From Selaginella moellendorffii (lineage: Eukaryota; Plantae; Lycopodiophyta): 51,962 nt of DNA. Made by a program: the position numbers and the translations under genes. The notes beneath the pieces were generated by a model. That model was not told the origin of the DNA. It worked only from the letters and a program-made list of their open reading frames with translations, and did not search any database. Below are positions 1-10,419 of this stretch, in pieces. Location of the stretch: contig NW_003314272.1 of assembly GCF_000143415.4 (NCBI RefSeq), forward strand, positions 1 to 51,962, given 5' to 3'. The stretch's first letter is position 1. Each line of letters begins with the position of its first letter.

Positions 1-30
1 ATACAACTATAGCGCACCTTATCTCTCAAC

Positions 31-192
31 TGTAGCGCACCTTATCTCTCTCCCCTTAAGCCAACTGGAAAAGGGGCAATTGCTTGATGAGAGAGCCCTT
101 AGTCGCTATTTTATCCCCATTTATCCCCCAAGGTTCCAAGGATCCACGGTGACAGTATATCCAAATCTCATCCCATGATCACATGCGCTACA
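31..192 (-). repeat. LTR, family A (162 bp), 3' LTR of a minus-strand element
   Basis: TGTAGCGCAC...ATGCGCTACA with 9-bp inverted termini. One mismatch to 6696-6857. Abuts a polypurine tract at 193-206 (minus GAAGGGGGGGTGAG). Confidence 0.93.
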
Positions 193-230
193 CTCACCCC
201 CCCTTCAGAGATGTCAATGTCCTCATTGAC
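193..230 (-). promoter_or_regulatory. Polypurine tract plus gypsy-type hairpin (GTCAATGAGGACATTGAC)
   Basis: Purine run next to the LTR on the minus strand. The hairpin resembles GTTCAATGAGGACATCGAAC before the family B PPT (7521-7540). Confidence 0.8.
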
Positions 231-529
231 TATTGACTAGCAACCCCTACTGAGCCAAGGGGAACCAGCACCTCCATTTCCGCACTCAATCTACCAATCC
301 TTCCATTGTGTAGATCAGCTATTCCATGTGAGGCAACTAGTCATCCACCCATACCGCAGTCCCACGGTGGATACCTTCGTCCGTGGATACTCCACACAAG
401 AGGAAGGACGTACGCATGGATGCCCAATACGTACGATTTCAAATTTAGGGGTAGGAATATACCTTGCTCAAGGGTATATTATACTTTTTAAGTAGCCACT
501 AATCAATGGGAATTGAACCCGTGCCATTT

Positions 530-541
530 GCTCTGATACCA
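530..541 (-). promoter_or_regulatory. Primer-binding site, tRNA-iMet (TGGTATCAGAGC)
   Basis: Exact canonical PBS, 2 nt from an LTR-like end at 544. Confidence 0.88.
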
Positions 542-543
542 AC

Positions 544-1855
544 TGTAGCGCACGTGGTTTTGACCCTTTATCCTATGGTGATTTACCATAGGATAACACC
601 ACAAAGCGGAACCTAAACCCTCTTTGTGCCACGTGACAGATGCCATGTGTCACATACCACGTGTCCATGCCACGTGTCCATAGGAACCCGAGGTTCAGGG
701 CCTTGGGCCACTGAATGAAGGAACGATGCCAAACTCCTAAGCGTGACGCCAAGGAGTGATGGAACCGGACCACGGAGCAACTCCCGAGCATATAGCCCTA
801 GGAGCGAAGGGACAGGAGCCCGGAGCGACTTGGAACAGTCCTGAAGCAACCAACATCCCAATGCCAGGACTAGCACGCAAAACGGAGCCAAACGGAGTCT
901 GGCGCTATTTCGGCATACCGGTGGCCTAACGTGAGAGTATGGGTACTCCACCAGCTAGCATGGAATGGAACTTGGGCTTAGACCCAAGCCGGACGCAGAA
1001 CAAGGACAGGCACCCAAGCGGGAGCTAGACTATGCCTCAGGTTGGTCGGCCATGCCCGACCTACCCACTATCCCTACTATACATTTGGAACCCCCCATAG
1101 CCCCCCCCTTGAGGAACACACGCTTTGGGCTTTCACCCCAAGCCTCCCTTAGTATCAGGAGTTAGTCTCTGGGACAAGCTCGAAACTTACTAAATATGGA
1201 ATGTCCCTAGATTGCGAATTTGGACACGGGACGAACACCATTGTGTTCAGGACGATCTCTACATTCCGTAGATATGCCAAATGAGCAAACCTGGACACTT
1301 TCCATAAATAGTATTTGGGACCGAAATGAGACTAACACAAAGGGCATGATAGCGAGAGTGTTTGGCAGACACGGTAAGCTATCATGTAGCGATATTGAGG
1401 GACTAATCTCAATACGCGAGGGTTCTTGTCACTAGCAAGTGCAAGACAAAACGAGACGGGAACTCCTTACCGGGCTAAGTATGCTTAGCTAATAACACGT
1501 AGGAATTCCGTCCTTATGCTCGTCCGGTCTAAGTACACTCGAAATGCCCAGTTAACTCCACTAGCACAAGAGGGACTAATAAAGGGTCCAGCAATACCGA
1601 CCTCCTGCCGTCGTGGCAGTAAGGTAAGAGTGTCCGTAAGGACTAGCCGACAGGTAACTTTCGATACCCGAAGTCACATGCGCGACACTCTCCCCCCCTT
1701 GGGAAGATCGACGTCCTCGTCGATGCATACTCGAGTCTAGAATACCGCCAAGGAAACAACTCCATAAAAAGTTCACGGTACTCACACTATGTGAGAAATG
1801 CACCAACTTAAATGAGGTAGGGGGTAACCTCTTTGTCTAACGCGGATGCGCTACC
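544..1855 (-). repeat. Probable long LTR (family C, ~1.3 kb) sharing termini with family A and a core motif with family B
   Basis: Starts TGTAGCGCAC and ends ATGCGCTACC. PBS is correctly spaced on its left. 1120-1138 is identical (reverse complement) to LTR B 8372-8390, and 1072-1089 matches 8423-8440 at 16/18. Confidence 0.6.
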
Positions 1856-4800
1856 AGCTTAGACACCTTCCGGCCATCGCCGACAAGGAAATGACCAACG
1901 GAGTCAGCCACCCCTGCTGCTCTGGGAGTCACCCAGCTTACAAAAGTGTGATATGCCCTGCCCGCAGGAACATAGAGAGAGAAGCCAGAGGCCCCTACCC
2001 TCCTAAGCAAAGAAACCAAACCCGTCGGTAAGGTTTAGATAGACTACTGTAAACAGGCAGTTAGAGTTGTTTACACGGTCACGCCCTTTCAACGGAATAA
2101 GGACCATCAACAAAGAGGCGGGTTATGTGACCAGTCGACAGTAGCTACCCCATGACTAGAGATTTCACCATGCACACGAAGTGCCGAAGCCAGTCTGCCC
2201 ATTACTGGCCCAAACTCAAAGATCAATGGATGGACAATATCAAAGTCAGAGACAATGATATCTGAGAAGCTTAATTACTAGTGATTATATCTTAGAGTAG
2301 AACACAAAAGTATTCTAAGCAAGTTATCATTCAATAAACCAGTAGTATTGTAGATAGGAACCACCAAGATCATCATAATTTGGCAAACACAAGAATGACC
2401 ATCCAACAAAATTCAATAGCTAGTATATCATCAAGGAAACTCAATGATGAAACTTAACTATCGAAGATAGTAGACAGTAAGCCAACAACTTATTAGAGAG
2501 AACTCAAAGAACACAAAGTATCATTGACTAACAAGCACAATGCTCGCGAATGTATCACCCAAAGGAAATAACATCCAAATCTATCAAAACTAACTCGAGC
2601 AACAATCAACAGAAGAAAATGAATGTGGTAAGACCAACAAACACTCATTCCTGCCAACTATCACAAAAGCCAATCTGAATAGATCCCAGCCAACAATACC
2701 AAGGAACTCAAGTTGCCTAAGCAAGTGTCAGCAACACCCTACTGACGTCTCAAACCCAAGAGACCAATCCAGAGCAAACCACAAAGAACATGTGGTATTG
2801 CCAAAAGCCAAAAGCCATCAAAGAGAACAACTAACTATCATGAAAGATCATCAATCAGCCCATCAATGTAGTGATGTATAATCATCGTTGAAGAAAGAAT
2901 CTACCATCCCAAAGAATAGCAAATAATTCCAAACCAACAATAATCAAGCAAAACTTGTGATAAGGACAATCAACTACCCTAGATGATAGTTAATCAGCAC
3001 CAATGATTGCCAAATGCAAAAACCAACTTCAACATCGAAGCTAATGAGCCAAAATGCCTTCCCCAACAACTTCTAACAAATGGAACAATGAGCACAAAAC
3101 TCAAGAACTAAAAGCTCGAAGAAGCCTATAACTAAGTCTTGCCTAATAATGATCACGAGTCTCATAGAAGCTAACTTCAATGCTAAAGAAGAAATCATGG
3201 TGCAACCTACAATATCTTCCTCAACACATCCATAAGCCAAACTTCATAATGCCAAAGCTAATGAAGAGCATTTCTGCATCAATCCAAAAGCTAAGCATAA
3301 CGAAGCTATGCTTAACAAGTGATCATCAAACGATCCTCCATGAATCCATCTATAGCAAGACGTAACTCACTTCATAACAAGCTCAAAAAGAATCATTAAT
3401 GATTGCTATATTCCGAACTCAAATCCAGCAAGGACTCAACATTCTAATATCGATCACTAACTCTTCTTCTCGTAGAGTTAGCATAGTCCACGACTAAATC
3501 ACTTTTCAAGGAAAAGCTAAAGCTCAACCCTCTACTAAATAATCTCGTCTAGAACACAACTAACTCAACTTGCCACTCAGTTCATTTGAACGTCAACACA
3601 GTTGCTAACTAGCAAATGCACGAATGCCAACAACACAAAGCTATAGCCAAATCATCAACACTATATTCATCAAGACTAATGAAACTCAATATCAATCCTT
3701 GGAAGGATATCTCATTTCACTCAAATCTCAATGTCAACAACATCAATGACAAGGCATCACTTTAATGCCATCAACATCAGGACAAAGCTAGAAGAAAGCA
3801 AGAGTGAATCACCACTTGGAGCTTTCCAGCAACCAAGCTAACCAAAGTCGAAGATACTATACTTAGTATCGGAGACCAATCCTCTAACAATACTCAGTTA
3901 CAGAGAACACATCATCAAGGAGTGATTCACCACGTCCAAGACTCAATGAAATCCAACACTACGGACTAAATGTAACCAAATGATATCAACAAAGGTAAAG
4001 TCGACATGCCAACATGGAAAACCATGCAAGTCCAACAACACGATCCTCCGCAACACCATCCGGTCAAGCAAGCCCACCACTGCTAAATCATCATCGAGCA
4101 AAGCAAGTGTCAACAGTCTTTTTGACAAAGTCTACAAGTAATCACTAGTCGCAAATCAACTAACAATCGCCCTTCAACTTGCCTTCACAAGACCCGAACA
4201 CTAACTCATGCCATCGAGTTACATACTTGTCCAACATGAACATAATACCCCAGGTACGAGATAAAAGTTCATAGACAAGCACAAACTAAATGACCACTCG
4301 AATCCAACTCAACCGCAATAAGCTCACTAATGCATTTAGTCAATAGCTTTGAGCATGCCTTGAAGAGGCTAGCTATGTGATCAACACTCAGTCGAAACTA
4401 AAGTGAAGACCATGAGATGGACTCATATCGGTACACAACCTCCTCATAGACAAAGCTATAGTACGGGTACCAACATCTCAACCTCAAACAACTAAGTTGG
4501 ACATCACCATCCTCAGCCAAGGTGCAGGGCCACCAAGACCAAGTCAAGATCAGTGAGAGCTCACTACTCTCATAGAGTTTAACGAAATGCAAGGTGCAAA
4601 CTATCACCAAGCACAACGCTACAAAAGAAAGGCACAAGGGTCACCTTTCTTAGAAAAGCGCAACAGCCACTTTTCTACACCAACTCCAGACTCTATCCAA
4701 CTCAATTGCTTTAGCCCCAAAAGTTAGCATCCCTTTCGGGCCGCATCATACAAACTACCTACTAAGATCTAAGCCAACCGAAGTCAACTCCAACCCCTTC

Positions 4801-6695
4801 ACTAGTTTGTACTGGCTTACGAAAACGGAATGGTTTTCGGTAAAGTGACCAACAGATCAGCCATTGGAGAAGTCTAAGAAAATTTGTGGAAAATTTCCCA
4901 TCCTAGAGAAAGAATGATTTTCAGTCCAGGATTGCAAACTTTTCAAGACTCAACCAACTTCCTCCTACCAACAACTTCACAAAGGTTCACTTCAACACCA
5001 ATTCTCATGATCCAACAACATGCTTAAGCATCGAACATCTTTGCCCATATTTCCGATATCCAACTTCGACATCTGCAAAATGCAAAATGAACATCCAAGG
5101 CTTGATCACGAAGACCACATCTTCGGATATCCATATTGCACTAACACTCATCTTCAATCACCTTCAAGATCCAATGTGAAGCCAAAACACTAACAAGAAA
5201 AATGACATGGAAAAATCAAGGTCCAAGGAAAATTCCTCATCACTTGAAATAATAATGCCACTTCCACTAACACAAGTGCTAGTGATGTCAATGCATCAAC
5301 CTCACACCTTCTCCATCCAATAATCTACTCCAAGTGTTAACGGATCAACCAACAAGCCATAGCAAATGAATGCTATAACCCTTTTCCAACATCTTAATGG
5401 GCAAACTCTAGGAAATAAGGTACCAACATAAGCTTAGCATAATGGACCACCATTGAGAATCCAGTCAAAGCTACTACAATGCTACTTCGTGCAAGTAGAC
5501 TAGCTTCTCCATCAACCACTTTGGGGTTGATCATCATTTACTCAAGCAACTTCGTAAATGCATTACTCTTTATCACATGGATATGATATAAGCATCACAA
5601 TGACTTGATCATCAATTGAGTAACGCAATGAGCAATGCCTATGTCATTACTTCAAACGTTTATGTGAGTATCAAATGCCAACTCGATTCGACAAAATGCA
5701 ACATAAATGCCACACTCCACCAATAGAGGTTTACGACACCCAACACCACTAACTTTTGTTCACAACACGGACAAGCTCATGCCACTCTCTTTCCGACCAA
5801 ACTCAACACTAATTCAACACCAAGCTACTCAAGGAGCAATAGCAAGGTTCCCCGGAAAAGAATTGAGCATTGCAACCCAAGTCTTCCAATAGCGAGCCTA
5901 GACAAAATGGTTTAGTGTTTCACCACTATCCATCCCATAACTCACCACTTGTAAGACCATCACTTCCAACATGCATCAAGGTAGGGACTCTTGATTGCAT
6001 GATGTGAACACAAGCAATGAGTTAACACCTCGTTGCAAATCATCTCTCCAAGAAGAGAAGATGATTTACGTATTTGATCCTCCGTCCTCGATGACTCTCT
6101 TTTCGGTCTCATCTTTGACCAAACCTCAAGCTTGCTTTCGCACTGCCTTCAGCTCAATCGAAGAAAAGTTTATGAGAGAGCACGGCAATGATTACTTGAA
6201 CCAATAGACTATTCCCTACAATCTTGATTGATCCAATTATAATCATGCTTAGGAAGGATCCACTAGTGCCGTGCTAAACAGCTACGGACCAGCCTATTTG
6301 CCACTCATAGCAAACCCAGGGAAAGTTTATTTTCACCCATGGTACAAGGAATAACTCATGGAACCACTGGAACCACTCATGGAACCAACGATAGGCTAAC
6401 ATTAATCCTGCCAACTCAAAGTGCAACCTTGAGTTGCTAATGTGCCTCACTCATGAGCCCAAGAGCAAACTCATGCTACTGGAACAATTCAAATCCATCT
6501 TATGAGCCTAAGAGCAAGCTCACATAATTACGGTACAAGAAGGTAACCAAATCCATACCCAAGGAACCAATGCGAAGTCTTAGCACCCAAACGTGTACCC
6601 ACTCGGATCATCGTTTTCATCTCTGCGTATGCAACGAGACTAGTTGCCCAATCTCATTGAATAGTACTCGCTGAGACTCATCCTCTGATACCAAA

Positions 6696-6857
6696 TGTAG
6701 CGCACCTTATCTCTCTCCCCTTAAGCCAACTGGAAAAGGGGCAATTGCTTGATGAGAGAGCCCTTAGTGGCTATTTTATCCCCATTTATCCCCCAAGGTT
6801 CCAAGGATCCACGGTGACAGTATATCCAAATCTCATCCCATGATCACATGCGCTACA
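6696..6857 (-). repeat. LTR, family A, 5' LTR
   Basis: 162-bp copy of 31-192. Adjacent PBS TGGTATCAGAG at 6683-6693. Confidence 0.93.
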
Positions 6858-7217
6858 GATTTGCATTATACTAGAAGTGTTACAGCATGTTATTGGAAGT
6901 CTACGAAGTTGTTTTATTAATAATGGGAAAGTAAAGATTGAATGGGGACTTGGGCTCCACCTAGACTCGGAGCAACTGAGCCAATATTAAAAGGATGGAA
7001 AGAAATTGGACGACGATGACAAGGAGAAGAGAGAGGTGAAGCAGTGGCAGGGGGAGGAGAAGTGATTGAGTAGACATTTCCTTGTTTAAAATAAAATGGC
7101 ATGTGCCTCAATGCAGTTGAATTTTGTTATAATTATATACTATATAAAGGTTTGGAAACCTTATTTTACAAGTGGGATAATGACAATTCCCACTTTAACG
7201 AAATAGAGCTTACTTCA

Positions 7218-9365
7218 AGAAGTCAAAAGTAAACGTTCCAAAGTGCAAAGGTAGATCAATGGAATCTGTGACTACTCAAGAATGAGTAGTGGAATTGAGT
7301 TAGAGAGGGTGTCTCTAATGGGTTTAGCGAGAACTAAACCAATATACGGAAAGAACCACCACAAGTGGTCCAATCAGTCTCTAAGTTGGAGAGACTATCC
7401 TCCTTAGAGGATGGACAAGGCATGGTGAGCCTTCGGGGTCAAACCATAGACAAATATTGGCCGGGTGCCAAGGATGGAAATGGTAATACCTGCGGGTGTT
7501 ACTTTATAAAAGGGTTTACCGTTCAATGAGGACATCGAACTTTGTCTATGGGTGGTGGAGTTGTGAGACACGAAATCCCTAGGCCCCAAAGTGGAGCTGG
7601 AAAGGGTGCCACATGGTAGTGGCCGAAGCAAAAGCCCAAACGAGTGTAACACGTTTGGACTAAAAGCTCGGACTTGGAAGGTCGAGAGTGGGAGTGGAAC
7701 TCCCAACAACGTGCTCAAGGAACAAGTACGAAGCGAGCAATAAGCGAGGCTCCAAAAAGGGACCCAAAAAGGACCAACACATGACACGTGGAAGTGTCTG
7801 AGATGGAGTCCGAGATGGACCCAAAGTGGAGTCCGAGATGGACCTGAAGTGGGGTCCGATATGGAGTCCGAAGTGGAGTCCAAGATGGAGTCCGATATGG
7901 AGTCCGAGATGGACCCGAAGTGGAGTCCGAGGTGGACCGAGATGGAGTCCGAGATGGACCCGAGATGGAGTCCGAGATGGAGTCCAAGATGGACCCGAGA
8001 TGGAGTCCGAGATGGAGTCCGAGGTGGACTGAGATGAAGTCTGAGATGGACCCGAGATGGAGTCCGAGATGGACCAAGACGGAGTCCAAGATGGACCGAG
8101 ACGGAGTCCAAGATGGACCCGAGATGGAGTCCGAGATGGACCGAGACGGAGTCCGAGATGGAGTCCGAGATGGACCGAGACGGAGCCCGAGATGGAGTCC
8201 GAGAAGGACCCAAGATGGAGTCCGAGGTCGAGACCGAGACCGGGACCGAGACCGAGACCGAGACCGGGACCGAGACCGGGACCGAGACCGAGACCGAGGC
8301 CAAGGCTGAGACCGAGCCCGAGTCCGAGTCTGAGTCCGAGTCCGAGTCCGAGTCCGAGTCCGAGTCTGAGAGGGTGAAAGCCCAAAGCGTTCGTCTCCCA
8401 AACCCTAGGGGGTTTGGTGAGCTCCAAAAGTATAGTAAGGGGGAGGACTGCAGTGGAGCCAGTTTGGCCAGGAAAGGCCAGTTTGGCCCAGGAAGGCCAG
8501 ACCCAGTGTTGGGTGATGAACTGACCACTAGGAAGTCCAAGATTAGAGTGAATACGGACCGACAAGCGGGGTAGCTTGGTGAAGTGTTCAAGAGCCGGCT
8601 CTAGTTCCCCCGGGAGATCGACTGGCCGATGCTCCCAGTCCAAGTGTGGGTGGCACTACCTACTTGGATACCAGGCGTGGCTCAACGAAACCTCGCTCTA
8701 AGCCCATGGCTAGAGCACCTAAAGGCGAAAGGCGGGGAGAGTACCCAGGTGGCTTGCGTAAGGCCACGGTGTTCTGAAATGTTGTCCCAAAGGCCTAGAC
8801 TGTGGAAAGGAAGAGGAGCAGTCCTCTAGGGTAGTGACCAAGGCACAGTCGTGTGGTGAGGAAGTCCCAGAGGACCATGGGACTTAGTGGTCGGGCCTGT
8901 GGGCCTCGATCCAGTGACAGTGTTGGCAAACACGGCCAGGGGCAGAAAGGGACTTGGTAGGAACTGACAAAGGGACTTTGGGGAAGGCGATTCCCCAAGT
9001 CTGTGGGCATCCTAAGGATGCTAAGGAGTGGATCTAGGATGACCACTCGTGGACAGATGGCCCAGTCTTGGAGAGACGGGATGGTGATGCAAGTGGTATT
9101 GGACCACTAGTGTAGCAAAGGTGAATGGGCATGGCCTTAGCGTAACAGGCCGAGATGTCAGTGTTACCTTTGGGTGTCAGTCTTGGGACCAGACACGTGG
9201 AGCACTTGGACCAGGTGCAAGTGTTGAGTGGCATGGATGCCATTCTTGGGGCTAGCAAGTCCCAAGTCCTGAATTGGACTGATGGAGGTTGTGAATGAGA
9301 CTCCTCCAAGTGGTCGGAGGTGTGGTTAAGTGACTAAAGTAGAATGGAAAATTTAGTCGTTTACA
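7218..9365 (+). mobile_element. 5'-truncated family B LTR element: 3' internal segment, PPT and 3' LTR (7562-9365)
   Basis: 7218-7561 matches the reverse complement of 35386-35730. PPT GGGTGGTGGAGT precedes TGTGAGACAC...GTTTACA. Confidence 0.9.
7800..8370 (+). repeat. Compound minisatellite within LTR B (GAGATGGAGTCC / GAGATGGACC(C) / GAGACC / GAGTCC blocks)
   Basis: Directly visible ordered arrays, present with different unit order in every LTR B copy. Confidence 0.95.
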
Positions 9366-9464
9366 ATCTCATGTTCTTGCAAATTTATTTCAATCGATAG
9401 AACGAGAGCTTGGGTAACAATTTTGGTAATGTTACAGAATTTCTGATAAAATGTGCTTTTGTAG

Positions 9465-9793
9465 GATTATGCCGGCTGTTGGTGGAAAAGATATTGAAGA
9501 CCTTCCGAGACCATTTCTCTCTAATGTCGAAGGTGCAACTTTGTCAGAGGTAATCTTTAGAGCAAGAATACAACAATTTCTTTAAATCTATTTTGTTGTG
9601 CTTGGCTACCTTACAGGCTCTTGGCACTATTCGAAACCAGGCATTTTTGATGCATCGGGAGGGACTCAACTTAGACAAGCAATATCTACTTCATTTGGAT
9701 CTAACAATGGAGTGTGCAATGGCTGATGTTACGGGTGTAGATCTACCACTTTACATCGAGAGTGCCTTGCTTACAGCAACACCAGTGACGTGA
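9465..9793 (+). pseudogene. 3' exons of an unidentified spliced gene, possibly a transposon accessory gene
   Basis: Exon ...EGATLSE, then a GT-AG intron (~9550-9616), then ALGTIRNQAF...TPVT stop. No family recognised. Confidence 0.35.
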
Positions 9794-10419
9794 CAAGCTT
9801 TGGAAAAATTATACTTGGCCATACTTGGAGAAAATTGAGAGTTCTTTAGTGTACATTTCAAATTTAAATTCAATTTCTGGTTCAATTTTAGGGTTCTCAC
9901 GTTTGGGATTAGGGTTTTCACCAAGTCCCACCCATATTAATTGTGCCTTGGATATGGGGCAATTTCATTTTATGACATGATTTTATCGATGGTTCGTTCA
10001 TTCTTCCAATCGATTTGTGTCATCTAACCAGAGGCAAGGCTTGTAGTGCACACTCCCCCGATCGCAAGACCACCGCCCAAGCGAGAGCGCCACAGCTGTG
10101 ATGGTGGGTAGCTTCTCCTCGATCAGATTTGCATAACCAATCCTTTGTGGTTTCTAGGCTTGAAACAACAACGCCGCACGCCTCAACAGCAGTAGACACT
10201 ATGTAGGAAACACCTCATGAGCACACAGCCAAGCACTTAATGTTCTGCAATTGGTATAGCTAACAGTCCCGCGAGACACACACCAGCCACTTGATTTTCC
10301 AAGCTTTGCAGCAGGGACATCAACTCCAATAGCATCCCATCCACAGCTCTCGACTGCATTTGAGCAAGCAGAGCACCGCCTAACATTGCATACATTGCAA
10401 CATATGTGGAACCTCTAGC

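Larger units (their letters stand above)
1..6857 (-). mobile_element. Non-autonomous LTR retroelement composite (LARD/TRIM-like), no recognisable gag/pol
   Basis: Order on the minus strand: LTR A, PBS (6683-6693), ~4.8 kb A/C-skewed ORF-poor interior, LTR C, PBS, 349 bp, PPT, LTR A. Confidence 0.8.

Noticed and set aside
7800-8370. CRISPR-like appearance of the repeat arrays
   Set aside because: No unique spacers, no cas genes, and a eukaryotic LTR context.
8366-8385. GAGAGGGTGAAAGCCC as an rRNA fragment or hammerhead ribozyme (retrozyme)
   Set aside because: Too short for rRNA, and no CUGAnGA core with flanking stems was seen in the LTRs.
8372-8574. Recurrent peptide ERVKAQSVRLPDPGGFGELQKYSKGEDC... 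in LTR copies
   Set aside because: Explained by recent DNA-level identity. No consistent start codon, and it is disrupted in some copies.
7404-8643. Long ORFs (up to 424 aa) with SDSD, ETET, RPRP and LGLG runs here and in all LTR B copies
   Set aside because: They come from stop-free minisatellites open in several frames on both strands, and frames shift between copies.
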